64,000 nt of DNA from an uncultured Methanosarcinales archaeon (GCA_964577685.1 CAZNZT010000005.1:4185-68184); one strand, 5' to 3'. Numbered from the stretch's first letter, positions 1 to 8,653 are shown. The notes: a model not told the origin generated them from the sequence alone. Program-made: numbers and translations.

Positions 1-1585
1 TTTTGATAAACCTTAATTCATCAAATTCTTTCTCTTCCTCAACTTTAACTTTCTTTAAATCAATATCTATTTCCATTTCTGGTATTTGTTCTATTATAGG
101 TCTTTTTCTAACAGGTTTCTTAATAGACTCTATTGCTTTTTCTATCTTTTTCTTTTCCTTTCCTTCTAGTTTTAATTTTTTTAGTTCTTCTTTTTTCTTT
201 ACCTTCTCAAGTTTCTTTCTTAGCTTTTCTTCTAACTTTTGTTTTCTTGCTTCTTCTTTTTTTCTTTTTAGTTCTTCTTTTAGTTTTAATTTTTCTTGCT
301 TCTTTTTTAGTTTTTCTTCTCTTTTCTTTTTCTTTAATTCTTCCCTTAGTTTTTTCTTTTTTTCTTTCTCTCTTTGTCTTCTTCTTTTCTCTAGGAGTTT
401 TTTTCTTCTTTCTTCTCTTTTCTTTCTTAGTTTTTCTTCCTTTTTCTTTCTTAACTTTTCTTCTAGCTTTCTTTTTCTTGCTTCTTCTTTTTTTCTTTTT
501 AGTTCTTCTTTAGTTTTTTCTTCAACAGGTTTTTCTTTTTCAAGTTCTTTGAATAACTCCTTAATAGTTGACTCTTCCTTGTAAATTTTTTCTTTCTCTA
601 ACTCAGAAATAAGTTCTGGTGGAGGCGGCGGGGGTATTTCTTCCTCGGATTCCTTTGGTTTTTTAACTGCAGATGTTGTTTTTTCCTTTTTCTTTCTTGA
701 CTCTTCTTCTAATTTTTGTTTTCTTGCTTCTTCTTTTTTTCTTTTTAGTTCTTCTTTTAGTTTTAATTTTTCTTGCTTCTTTTTTAGTTTTTCTTCTCTT
801 TTCTTTTTCTTTAATTCTTCCCTTAGTTTTTTCTTTTTTTCTTTCTCTCTTTGTCTTCTTCTTTTCTCTAGGAGTTTTTTTCTTCTTTTTTCTTCTTTCT
901 TTCTTAGTTTTTCTTCCTTTTTCTTTCTTTTTAGTTCTTCTTTTAGTTTTTTCTTTCTCTCTTTTTCTTTTTTCTTTTCTAGTTTTTCTGCTAGTTTTCT
1001 TTTTTTTGCTTCTTCTTTTTGTTTTTTCAATAATTGTTTTTTTCTTAACTTTTCTTCTTTCTTCTTTCTTTTTAGTTCTTCTTTAATTCTCTGTTTTCTT
1101 TTTTTCTCTAACAATGCTTGTCTTATTTTTTCCTGTTCTTTCTTCTCTTCCTCCTCCAACCTTTGCATTTCTTCCAACTCTTTTCTTCTCTCTGCCATTA
1201 AAAGCTCTCTAATTCGTTTTTCCTTTTCCCTTTGTTTTCTCTTCCTCAACAACTCTTTTAGCCTTCTCTTGTTTAATTTTTGCTCAAGTTTTCTCTTTTT
1301 TCTCTCTGCTTTTTCTAGTGCGAGTTCGCTTAGTTTCTTCAGTTTTTCTAGCTCCTTTAGCCCTCTTCTTATTTTTTTCTCTCTTCTTCTTTCTTTTATT
1401 CTCTGGCTTATTCTCTCAAGAAAGCTTCGTTTTCTTAATGTAACAGAATTCTTAGTATGGTTGGGTGGCAATGGAACTTTGTTTAGTCCTTCATTTGGTT
1501 TATTTTTAGGGCTATCTTTGTCATTAGAACTAGGCAATTCAAAGCTAATCTCTACCACCCCTTTTTTATATTTTGTTTTATACAT
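1..1585 (-). CDS. Partial (3' end beyond window) highly repetitive K/E/L/R-rich coiled-coil protein; N-terminus MYKTKYKKGVVEISFELPSSNDKDSPKNKPNEGLNKVPLPPNHT..., then a PPPPPP linker (about 620-640), then K/E repeats
   Basis: Hand-translated the minus strand. A stop (TAA at 1594-1592) is followed by ATG at 1585-1583, and the frame (codon first base congruent to 1 mod 3) stays open where I checked (1381-1585, 1141-1200, 481-780), giving sensible K/E/R-rich protein. The plus-strand ORFs 3..584, 133..513 and 673..1086 (F/S/L-rich) are its low-complexity mirror. It is not in the supplied ORF track because it runs off the window edge. I did not check frame continuity over the whole 1.5 kb. Confidence 0.5.
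   Translation of the reverse strand, partial: MYKTKYKKGVVEISFELPSSNDKDSPKNKPNEGLNKVPLPPNHTKNSVTLRKRSFLERISQRIKERRREKKIRRGLKELEKLKKLSELALEKAERKKRKLEQKLNKRRLKELLRKRKQREKEKRIRELLMAERRKELEEMQRLEEEEKKEQEKIRQALLEKKRKQRIKEELKRKKKEEKLRKKQLLKKQKEEAKKRKLAEKLEKKKEKERKKKLKEELKRKKKEEKLRKKEEKRRKKLLEKRRRQREKEKKKKLREELKKKKREEKLKKKQEKLKLKEELKRKKEEARKQKLEEESRKKKEKTTSAVKKPKESEEEIPPPPPPELISELEKEKIYKEESTIKELFKELEKEKPVEEKTKEELKRKKEEARKRKLEEKLRKKKEEKLRKKREERRKKLLEKRRRQREKEKKKKLREELKKKKREEKLKKKQEKLKLKEELKRKKEEARKQKLEEKLRKKLEKVKKKEELKKLKLEGKEKKKIEKAIESIKKPVRKRPIIEQIPEMEIDIDLKKVKVEEEKEFDELRFIK
228..940. repeat. Intragenic near-identical direct repeat: about 228-460 repeated at about 708-940 (480-bp offset), inside the K/E-rich gene
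   Basis: Read directly: tctaacttttgttttcttgcttcttctttttttctttttagttc... at about 230 recurs at about 710 with only a few substitutions over about 230 bp. Plus-strand ORF translations 133..513 and 673..1086 are near-identical over more than 100 aa. Confidence 0.7.
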
Positions 1586-1698
1586 ACTTATTTATAAAGT
1601 TTTGGTTTTTTATTTTCAATGTCTTTTGTAACATTTGTTATCACTATGCTATAGTTAAAAAGGAAAGATTTTTATATTTGGGTTTAAACCTACCTAGT

Positions 1699-2388
1699 AT
1701 GGAAAAAGCTAGGCAGTATAGGATTCTGGTTGTTGATGAGAGAGGAGGTATTTGTGATATTATTGATGCCTTGGGGGATAAATACTCTATTGAACATAGA
1801 ACCAGAGCAAATGACTCTCTTGGTTCTGGAAGGTATAATTATGACTGCATCTTAGTTAATGCTTCATCGTATGACAAAAGCCTAGAGTTTTTGTCTAGGG
1901 CAAAGAAGAATGATCCTACATCTGCTGTTTTGGTTGTTGCAAATTCCTTTGATGTAGGTATTAATGAGGCCTTAGAATATATGAGGATGGGTGCTTATGA
2001 CCTTATATTACCAGACAAGGATGGAGAAATAAAGCCAGAATACCTTGAGGACAGAATTCGGGCTGCTATTGGAAAAAGGAGGGGACTATTATTGAATGTA
2101 AAAACTGAGGCTCTTGATGAAGCATCGCGTGCTATTATGGATGGTGTAAACAACCCACTGACGATTATATATGGATGGCTACAAGAGATAAGAAATGGGG
2201 TGGGAATTACAGATGAAATAATAAATGAAATGACAAAAGCATGTGGTGATATAAGAGATGTGGTTGCTTCATTGCAGATAATAGTAGAAAATGGAAAAAA
2301 CGGTGTAGAAATTCCTTTAACCCCGTCCCCTACAGGAGGTCGTATGCTTTATATGAAAGATAGGGGTAAAGAAAGAAAAGGAAATTAA
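1699..2388 (+). CDS. Response-regulator receiver (CheY-like) domain protein with a C-terminal HisKA/DHp-like segment
   Basis: RILVVDE... receiver signature after ATG at 1699. I moved the start from the track's 1573 because the first 42 aa are F/I-rich read-through of the divergent intergenic region. The C-terminal segment AIMDGVNNPLTIIYGWLQEI resembles an H-box (SHELRTPLTxIxGY) but has Asp where the phosphoacceptor His sits. Confidence 0.6.
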   Translation: MEKARQYRILVVDERGGICDIIDALGDKYSIEHRTRANDSLGSGRYNYDCILVNASSYDKSLEFLSRAKKNDPTSAVLVVANSFDVGINEALEYMRMGAYDLILPDKDGEIKPEYLEDRIRAAIGKRRGLLLNVKTEALDEASRAIMDGVNNPLTIIYGWLQEIRNGVGITDEIINEMTKACGDIRDVVASLQIIVENGKNGVEIPLTPSPTGGRMLYMKDRGKERKGN

Positions 2389-2705
2389 GTATAATCTCTC
2401 CAAGTATGACCGCATTTTTTACATTTAAGGAACTTTGTTTCTGGTTCGTCTCCTGCTCTTGTTTGCACAGTCCAAAACTTTGCTTTTCTGTGGCCACATT
2501 TTGGACATTCTACATCTATTGTTGGCAATATATCTATTTTATTATGCTTCTCAACTACTTCAATTCCTTTTTTCTTAGACTCAACTTTTTCTTTTAGTTT
2601 AGCAATATCTGTATTATCGCTCCTATAACCACAAGAGCAAACAAGTATTCTTTTCTCTCCCTCTTTCTTAGGTACTAGTATTGAACCACACTTTGGACAA
2701 AACAT
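2385..2705 (-). CDS. tfs: Transcription factor S (TFS; RNA polymerase subunit M-like transcript cleavage factor)
   Basis: N-terminal CPKCG...CSCG and C-terminal CPKCG...CKKCG zinc ribbons, with the acidic TRAGDEPET hairpin typical of TFS/TFIIS domain III. ATG verified at 2705. Confidence 0.85.
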   Translation of the reverse strand: MFCPKCGSILVPKKEGEKRILVCSCGYRSDNTDIAKLKEKVESKKKGIEVVEKHNKIDILPTIDVECPKCGHRKAKFWTVQTRAGDEPETKFLKCKKCGHTWRDYT

Positions 2706-2708
2706 TTT

Positions 2709-3296
2709 CTATCTAAATAAACTTATTAACTCCACAAACCAGATTTTTATATATCCAAGGAGAGGTATCCTCACATAGGCCTTTCCTAAAACGCTTTTCT
2801 CGCTAATACTTTTTTCAAACCCTATTGAATCAATATTGTGATCCCCTTTTGTTTGAAAATAGTATTTATCATTATTTTTCCATTTTCTTACCACCCTATG
2901 GATGATTGGATCTGGCCTATAAGTTCTAAAGACAATAACATCTCCTATTTCTATACGAGACGGGTTTGTTCCATAAAGAATCATTATATCCCCTTTGTTG
3001 AACCCGTTTTTGAAGTCAAAGTTTAGAAACTGGTCTTTAGTTATATTGTAGGAGAGATACCATCCTTTTTGGGAATCCCACCACTCATCAAAGATTTTAT
3101 CATGCTCCATAGAGCCAGAAACAACAGCTACTATTGGGTATTTAGTGGACAAGATTAAGCCTAGACCGGGATAGACTATAAACTTTATTAAAACAAACGC
3201 AAGTATAACATTCACTATCCAACTCCATATGCTATCATCCTTCCAAATAAAATGCCATATCTTCTTTAATATAACTCTAACCTTGTCTTTGTCCAT
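2709..3296 (-). CDS. Signal peptidase I, archaeal/Sec11-type (S26 family)
   Basis: N-terminal TM segment followed by the VVSGSMEHDK catalytic Ser box. Size 195 aa. ATG verified at 3296. Confidence 0.7.
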   Translation of the reverse strand: MDKDKVRVILKKIWHFIWKDDSIWSWIVNVILAFVLIKFIVYPGLGLILSTKYPIVAVVSGSMEHDKIFDEWWDSQKGWYLSYNITKDQFLNFDFKNGFNKGDIMILYGTNPSRIEIGDVIVFRTYRPDPIIHRVVRKWKNNDKYYFQTKGDHNIDSIGFEKSISEKSVLGKAYVRIPLLGYIKIWFVELISLFR

Positions 3297-3330
3297 ACCT
3301 CAGGAGAAGGATAAGAAAAACATTAAAAAA

Positions 3331-4116
3331 CTATCGTTTTTGGGTTTGTTTTAGGAATGTTCCTATGAAAAGAATAAAGAGGATTATAAAGATAAGCACT
3401 AAAAAGATTAATGTGCTTCTCCATATTTTTAATCCAGGTGGGCTGGATTTTTCTTGATATTTCTTTGTATAATCTTCTCTAGGTTTTATTATTGCTTTTT
3501 TATTCTCTGTTGTGGTTCGCACAGGTTTATTTTCTTTTATTGCTTTATTTTTTGATTTTATAATCTTGTGTTTTGCTCCTAGAGCATAAAAACCAAATCT
3601 ATCAAAGCTAGAAACAAAAATGAGATTGTGGTTATCTGAACCTATAAACCTTGTTTCTTTCTCTATCCAAGAATTATTAACCAAAGCGTACATCCTAATG
3701 TCCCTACTAGATAGGTTGTTTTTAATCAACCAACTCTTTTCAATTTTGAAATATATAGAAGCATTTGATAGGCTATCCAAAAATCCGCTAGAAGATAACC
3801 TAAAGAAATTGTAGAATGTTATAGTATGGTCTGTTTTTGAAGAAGGATTTGTATTTAGTAGTTCAAGTTTTATTGTAGCCTTTGTTAGATTCTTATTTAC
3901 ATTAAAGTAAATCCTAGTGAATGGAAGATTATCTGTATCTATATCCCACTTTGTTAGACTATTTGCTTCTATGTTTGCAAAATACCTTGAGATAGCCTTT
4001 TTGATATCAATTTGGATAATATTCTCTTGATAGGTTGCTTCTGTCATCATAGATGAAATAAGCGAAACTAGTAGAAAGAGTAGTAATAAAAAAGAACCTT
4101 TTACCTCTTTTTTCAT
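3331..4116 (-). CDS. Hypothetical type-I membrane/surface protein (N-terminal signal peptide, C-terminal TM anchor, Asn-rich ectodomain)
   Basis: MKKEVKGSFLLLLFLLVSLISS signal-like N-terminus and a hydrophobic LIFLVLIFIILFILFIGTFL near the C-terminus. No recognisable catalytic motifs. Confidence 0.4.
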   Translation of the reverse strand: MKKEVKGSFLLLLFLLVSLISSMMTEATYQENIIQIDIKKAISRYFANIEANSLTKWDIDTDNLPFTRIYFNVNKNLTKATIKLELLNTNPSSKTDHTITFYNFFRLSSSGFLDSLSNASIYFKIEKSWLIKNNLSSRDIRMYALVNNSWIEKETRFIGSDNHNLIFVSSFDRFGFYALGAKHKIIKSKNKAIKENKPVRTTTENKKAIIKPREDYTKKYQEKSSPPGLKIWRSTLIFLVLIFIILFILFIGTFLKQTQKR

Positions 4117-4188
4117 TTTGTTGACAAAAAGATTATAAATGAAATTGCTTTAATAACCTAAAAATTTGCGATTATATATTTAAAGTTT

Positions 4189-4509
4189 ATGAATAAAATG
4201 GGAAAAACCAAGATATTGCATAAGGATTATTATGAAGGGATATTGCAGCTAAGAAATCCAAGTGAAGAGGTAATAAGATGTGTGAAAAACCAGATAAAAA
4301 AGAAAGGGGATGTTTTTATAGCTAAAGAAGTAACGCAAAAGAATGGAGTAGACTACTATATCTCTTCTCAAAGGTTCTTATTATCATTAGGAAGAAAATT
4401 AAAAAAATCTTTTAGGGGTGAGTTGAAGACATCAAGAAAACTTTATACAAGGGATAGGATAACAAGTAAGAGGGTTTATAGGGTAACTGTTCTATTCAGA
4501 TTGACTTAG
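4189..4509 (+). CDS. Hypothetical small basic protein (106 aa)
   Basis: Intact ORF with ATG at 4189. K/R-rich with no recognisable motif. It overlaps the 3' end of the convergent downstream gene by about 18 nt. Confidence 0.35.
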   Translation: MNKMGKTKILHKDYYEGILQLRNPSEEVIRCVKNQIKKKGDVFIAKEVTQKNGVDYYISSQRFLLSLGRKLKKSFRGELKTSRKLYTRDRITSKRVYRVTVLFRLT

Positions 4510-5682
4510 CCTCTCTTTTTTATAATCTTCTAGTATTTTTTCTAAGAACTTCTTTTTGTTTTTTACCTTTTCAAAGTCACTTTTGCTTATTATCCCAAAA
4601 TATTTATTTTCCTCAATGGGAAGTTCATTTATGTCTATAAAAACAAAAGGTAAGCTTGATTCTAGTTTTCTACTGATTTGTTTTTTATAGAATATAACAT
4701 GTATTTTGCCCTTTATTTTTTCTATTGTCTTTTTTGAGATTATATCTGGGTCTTTAACTAGGAGTATATCTCCTTCCTGAATATTTAATAATGTTCTTTT
4801 CTTCTCAAATTCCGTTATTCCAAGATTATCTAATTTTTTTAATAGAACACTTGAGTTCATATTAGCCAAAAAATATAACAGGGTGGTAACCTCGTTTTTC
4901 ATTGATTCTATTTCTTCTTGTTTTTTCTTTAGTTTTTTGTCAAGAATCCTTATTCTTTTTTCTTTGAATTGTAAAAGGGCTTGTGTTTTTCTATTAATTT
5001 GGGATTTATTTATTTGCCTTAGAACATACTCGTAATCCCTCTTGATTATTGCTATCTTGTCTTTTAGTTTTTTATTTTGTTTTCTTAGCAATTCTATGCT
5101 TCTTTTCGCTTCCTTTAGTTCTTTGTAAAGACGAATAAAATCTTTTTCTGACAGCTTTTTTTCTTCTACGACATCTCTAATTATTTTTGTTTCTTTGGTT
5201 TCTGGCTCTTCTATAATCTCTATAGCGTCTTTTATACTTATATCCTTTCCCACTACAAACTCTATCAGTTCATCCTTTATTTGCTCTTTTTGGTAATGTT
5301 CTACAAATATGTTTATTTTCTTGAGTTTGGGGGATAATCTCTTAAAGGCAAAAAGGGCGGATGCTAGCGCATCTAACTCGTGTTGATTTTTTGTTTCATG
5401 TTCTCTTACTAATTGCCTCTTTTCCATTATCTTGAGGTCATAGTCAGGGGTTATTATTCTTGCTCCAAGTTTTGTTGCTAGTTTATCTACAAAATCTGGG
5501 TTATGCTCCTTATCGCTAGCAATAATCAATGGTTTTCCTAAATTTATTAGGTCTGATATTAAGCTACTTATATCAAAATCTTTCTTTGAGTAGACTTTAA
5601 TGACATTCCCTTCAAAATCTATTGCTGCATAGCCCAAAGTTGTGCCTGGGTCAATACCAACTATTAACAATGATTTCTTCAT
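4492..5682 (-). CDS. RNase H-fold (RuvC/YqgF-like) domain protein with a central coiled coil (archaeal DUF460/COG2433-like)
   Basis: N-terminal LLIVGIDPGTTLGYAAID motif typical of YqgF/RuvC-like nucleases, and a long K/E coiled-coil middle region. ATG verified at 5682. Confidence 0.55.
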   Translation of the reverse strand: MKKSLLIVGIDPGTTLGYAAIDFEGNVIKVYSKKDFDISSLISDLINLGKPLIIASDKEHNPDFVDKLATKLGARIITPDYDLKIMEKRQLVREHETKNQHELDALASALFAFKRLSPKLKKINIFVEHYQKEQIKDELIEFVVGKDISIKDAIEIIEEPETKETKIIRDVVEEKKLSEKDFIRLYKELKEAKRSIELLRKQNKKLKDKIAIIKRDYEYVLRQINKSQINRKTQALLQFKEKRIRILDKKLKKKQEEIESMKNEVTTLLYFLANMNSSVLLKKLDNLGITEFEKKRTLLNIQEGDILLVKDPDIISKKTIEKIKGKIHVIFYKKQISRKLESSLPFVFIDINELPIEENKYFGIISKSDFEKVKNKKKFLEKILEDYKKERLSQSE

Positions 5683-5735
5683 CTATTAATTAGAAGTTTT
5701 TTTGTCTAAAAAAATTTTTCTGTTTTGCTATTTAT

Positions 5736-5751
5736 TACTTATTTTTAAGTA
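5736..5751. promoter_or_regulatory. Perfect inverted repeat TACTTA-tttt-TAAGTA, 40-55 bp upstream of the RbkR-like ribK start; a second AGTAacTACT palindrome lies at 5766-5775
   Basis: Read directly from the sequence; arm pairing checked base by base. It lies in the divergent intergenic region 5683-5790. Confidence 0.35.
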
Positions 5752-5790
5752 GCGTAAAATTTATAAGTAACTACTCATTTTCTTTTAAAT

Positions 5791-6435
5791 ATGGATATAT
5801 ACGAATATTTTGAATTGTTGATGTACATTGCAAAAAGAGGTGGGCTCTTTGGAGATTTGAAAAGCTCTACAACAAAGATATCCAAAGAGATAGGAATCTC
5901 ACAACAAACAGTAAGCAGGAAACTTAGGGAAATGGAAAAAGAGGGGTTTATCAAAAGAAAGGTTAGTCCTAGGGGTATTAGTGTAGGTATAGACAAGAAG
6001 GGGCAAGAACTACTATTTGAGATATACAAGAAGTTAGAAGGTCTTTTTGAGAGAAAAGAGAAAGAGATTTTTGGAATAGTCAAAAGCGGTATTGGAGAAG
6101 GTGCATATTATGTTTCAAAGGAAAAGTATCAAAGACAATTTGAAAAAAAGATTGGCTTCAGGGCTTTTCCTGGGACATTGAATTTGATGGTGAATAAAGC
6201 TAAACTAGCACAACTGATTATCACCAAAAAAGCAATCCTGATAAAGGGGTTTAAGACAAAAAAAAGAAGTTTTGGCTCACTGACTTGTTATAAGGCAAAG
6301 ATAAACAATGTCAGATGTGCAATGGTCATACCAGAAAGAACAAGACATAGTGAAAATATAATAGAGATTATAGCTCCTATGAGATTGCGTAGTTTTTTAA
6401 GACTTAAAGATGGAGACAAAGTAGTTTTGAGGTAG
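5791..6435 (+). CDS. ribK: CTP-dependent archaeal riboflavin kinase fused to an N-terminal winged-HTH (RbkR-like bifunctional kinase/regulator)
   Basis: C-terminal domain has the FRAFPGTLNLMV (PGTLN) motif of MJ0056-type archaeal riboflavin kinases. The N-terminal 85 aa (ISKEIGISQQTVSRKLREMEKEGFI) form a wHTH. Confidence 0.8.
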   Translation: MDIYEYFELLMYIAKRGGLFGDLKSSTTKISKEIGISQQTVSRKLREMEKEGFIKRKVSPRGISVGIDKKGQELLFEIYKKLEGLFERKEKEIFGIVKSGIGEGAYYVSKEKYQRQFEKKIGFRAFPGTLNLMVNKAKLAQLIITKKAILIKGFKTKKRSFGSLTCYKAKINNVRCAMVIPERTRHSENIIEIIAPMRLRSFLRLKDGDKVVLR

Positions 6436-6441
6436 ATAAAA

Positions 6442-6918
6442 ATGGCAAAGAAGATTGGGATTGCGGATACGATGTTTGCTAGAGTGGATATGTTTAAGAT
6501 TGTAAAAAAAGCATTAGATGATAGTATGGAATCGGATATAAAGCTAGAGAGATATACTGTACCGGGAATAAAAGACCTTCCAGTTGCATGTAAAAAATTA
6601 ATTGAAGAGTATAAATGTGACATATGTATGGCTTTGGGTATGCCGGGGGATAAGCCAATAGATAAAACTTGTGCTCATGAGGCATCTCTAGGAATAATAC
6701 AGGTTCAATTGATAACTAACAAGCATGTTATTGAGGTCTTTGTACATGCTGACGAAGGTAGAAATGAAAAAGAATTATTTGAAATAGTAGAGGATAGAAC
6801 ATATAAGCATACACTCAATGCTATTGGTCTATTAAAAGGCAAAGAAGAATTATCAAGAATGGCTGGAAGGGGAATAAGACAAGGAAAAGAGAATGTTGGA
6901 CAAATAAAGGGAAAATAA
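6442..6918 (+). CDS. ribC: Archaeal-type riboflavin synthase (RibC, lumazine-synthase-like fold)
   Basis: Strong end-to-end similarity to M. jannaschii riboflavin synthase (KKIGIADTMFARVDM..., VPGIKDLPVACKKL..., CAHEASLG..., IEVFVH...). Confidence 0.85.
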   Translation: MAKKIGIADTMFARVDMFKIVKKALDDSMESDIKLERYTVPGIKDLPVACKKLIEEYKCDICMALGMPGDKPIDKTCAHEASLGIIQVQLITNKHVIEVFVHADEGRNEKELFEIVEDRTYKHTLNAIGLLKGKEELSRMAGRGIRQGKENVGQIKGK

Positions 6919-6920
6919 AA

Positions 6921-7424
6921 ATGAAGGATGAATTTTTTGAAATAAAGAAGATCGGAATTATATCTGATACACATATACCGATAAGAGCAAAGAATATACC
7001 AGAAAAGGTTTTTAAAATATTTGAAAGCGTTGACTTGATTTTACATGCCGGTGACTTAGTAGAGCTGTATGTGATAGAAGAACTTGAGAAGATTGCACCA
7101 GTAGTTGCTGTAAAGGGAAACATGGACAGATTTATAGATAGTCTTCCTGAGAAGAGGATTATAAAGGTCAACAACAAATTTAAGATCGGGATAATACATG
7201 GCTCAGGGGATCCATTTAGTCTTCCTGTAAGAGTGAAGAAAGAGTTTAGGGATGTTGATTGTATTGTGTTTGGACATAGCCATAGAGCATTTAATGAGTT
7301 AGTAGATGGGATTCTATTATTTAATCCTGGTTCTGCTTGTGATACTGTCTTTACCTCTGTAAACTCTGTTGGTTTGTTATATATTGGTGATAAAATAAAA
7401 GGAGAGATAATAAGAATAAACTAA
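6921..7424 (+). CDS. Metallophosphoesterase, YfcE/MJ0936 family
   Basis: IGIISDTHIP...HAGD...GNMD...GHSH metallophosphatase motifs. Size 167 aa. Confidence 0.7.
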   Translation: MKDEFFEIKKIGIISDTHIPIRAKNIPEKVFKIFESVDLILHAGDLVELYVIEELEKIAPVVAVKGNMDRFIDSLPEKRIIKVNNKFKIGIIHGSGDPFSLPVRVKKEFRDVDCIVFGHSHRAFNELVDGILLFNPGSACDTVFTSVNSVGLLYIGDKIKGEIIRIN

Positions 7425-7435
7425 GGGGTGGTAAA

Positions 7436-7846
7436 ATGAATGAAAAACTTGGTTTTGTTGTATCTGAATATAATGCAGATATAACATACCTAATGAGCAA
7501 AGTTGGGGAAGAACATGCCCAGTTCCTAGGCGCGAAAGTGATTGAGACGATAAAGGTTCCTGGCGCGTTTGATATGCCCCTAGCTGTAAACTATCTATTA
7601 GAGAAAAATGATATAGATGGTGTTGTTTGCTTAGGTGCTGTGGTCGAGGGAGATACTGACCATGACCAGATTGTTGCCCACAATGCAGCCAGGAAGATAG
7701 TTGATTTGAGTATTAAATTTAAAAAGCCTGTTGCACTAGGAGTTTCTGGTCCTGGTATGAGTAGAGCAGATGGCGTAAAAAGAATAGAAAGTTATGCAAA
7801 AAGAAGTGTAGAGTCCGCCCTAAAGATGATTAGAAGACTAAAGTGA
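7436..7846 (+). CDS. ribH: 6,7-dimethyl-8-ribityllumazine synthase
   Basis: Lumazine synthase fold motifs (VVSEYNADIT..., KVPGAFDMPLA, VVCLGAVVEGDTDHD). AAGGGGTGG RBS-like motif upstream. Confidence 0.85.
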   Translation: MNEKLGFVVSEYNADITYLMSKVGEEHAQFLGAKVIETIKVPGAFDMPLAVNYLLEKNDIDGVVCLGAVVEGDTDHDQIVAHNAARKIVDLSIKFKKPVALGVSGPGMSRADGVKRIESYAKRSVESALKMIRRLK

Positions 7847-8653
7847 ACGTTCATCAAATTCAACAATAGGTGTTTTTCCACCTAATATAGCTTTGAATCT
7901 GCCATCTTCAAAGGTTAATGTGAATATATTTACATTAGATTTTGTGGCTCTCATCTTTGCTATTGATATCTCTCTCTGGACTATTCTCCCATACCTTGCT
8001 AGATCTAGGAATATAATTGAATCTGCCAGATAATTCTCAACTATGTATTGGTCGTGTGTTCTTTTATCAGAAGAAACCTCTAGGATAAGGTAAGAAGTTA
8101 GATTCTTTGATCTAAAGAATTCAAACATGTTAAATAGTGTTTCCCTAGGATTTTTAATATTAGAAATCGCATAAAGAGCATTTAGTGAATCCAAAACAAG
8201 ATATTGGCAATATAGGCGCTTTTGTAATTCGTTTATTAGTGTTGATATTGTTGTTACTAGGTCTCCAAATTTTTTTGCTTTCATAATTCTATATCTTGCT
8301 GAGGGAACATCTAGGAAAACAATTGTGCCCATACTTTTCTTTCCTTTGCTAATATAATTTAATCTTGTACCACTGAAGTGGGCAATAGCAACATTAATCT
8401 TTGACAAATCTATATTCAAACTAGATAATTGCATTGAGAAGTTATTAAAAGGTTGTTCAATAGAAATATAAAGTGAATTCTTTCCTTTCAGGGCTTCATT
8501 ATAGATAATATTAAATGCTATAGAGGACTTCATAGTTCCTGTAACCCCGCTGATTAGGTTGACGAAGCCCTCAGGTATTCCTCCCTCTATTTCCTCATCA
8601 AGCCCTTCTATATATGTAGGTATTCTCCTTATTTTTGCTCCCATGTTTCCCAT
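7838..8653 (-). CDS. KaiC/RadA-like RecA-superfamily ATPase homologue with degenerate Walker A (SGVTGTMKSS)
   Basis: IEGLDEEIEGGIPEGFVNLISG... matches the KaiC-like domain start. LVLDSLNAL and ILEVSSD match the Walker B/downstream region. The P-loop deviates from GxxxxGK[ST]. Confidence 0.6.
   Translation of the reverse strand: MGNMGAKIRRIPTYIEGLDEEIEGGIPEGFVNLISGVTGTMKSSIAFNIIYNEALKGKNSLYISIEQPFNNFSMQLSSLNIDLSKINVAIAHFSGTRLNYISKGKKSMGTIVFLDVPSARYRIMKAKKFGDLVTTISTLINELQKRLYCQYLVLDSLNALYAISNIKNPRETLFNMFEFFRSKNLTSYLILEVSSDKRTHDQYIVENYLADSIIFLDLARYGRIVQREISIAKMRATKSNVNIFTLTFEDGRFKAILGGKTPIVEFDERSL

Noticed and set aside
228-940. CRISPR array or mobile-element repeats at the window start
   Set aside because: Repeats are long (about 230 bp), imperfect, lack spacer/repeat periodicity and lie inside a protein-coding frame. 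They are a coding tandem duplication.
3-1086. Plus-strand ORFs 3..584, 133..513 and 673..1086 (F/S/L-rich, 'membrane-like')
   Set aside because: They are the mirror image of a K/E-rich coding repeat on the minus strand. The composition is a low-complexity artefact, and the minus-strand frame gives a continuous, sensible protein with a proper ATG after a stop.
1573-1698. N-terminal 42 aa of track ORF 1573..2388
   Set aside because: Hydrophobic junk read through the divergent intergenic region. A clean ATG at 1699 precedes the receiver domain.
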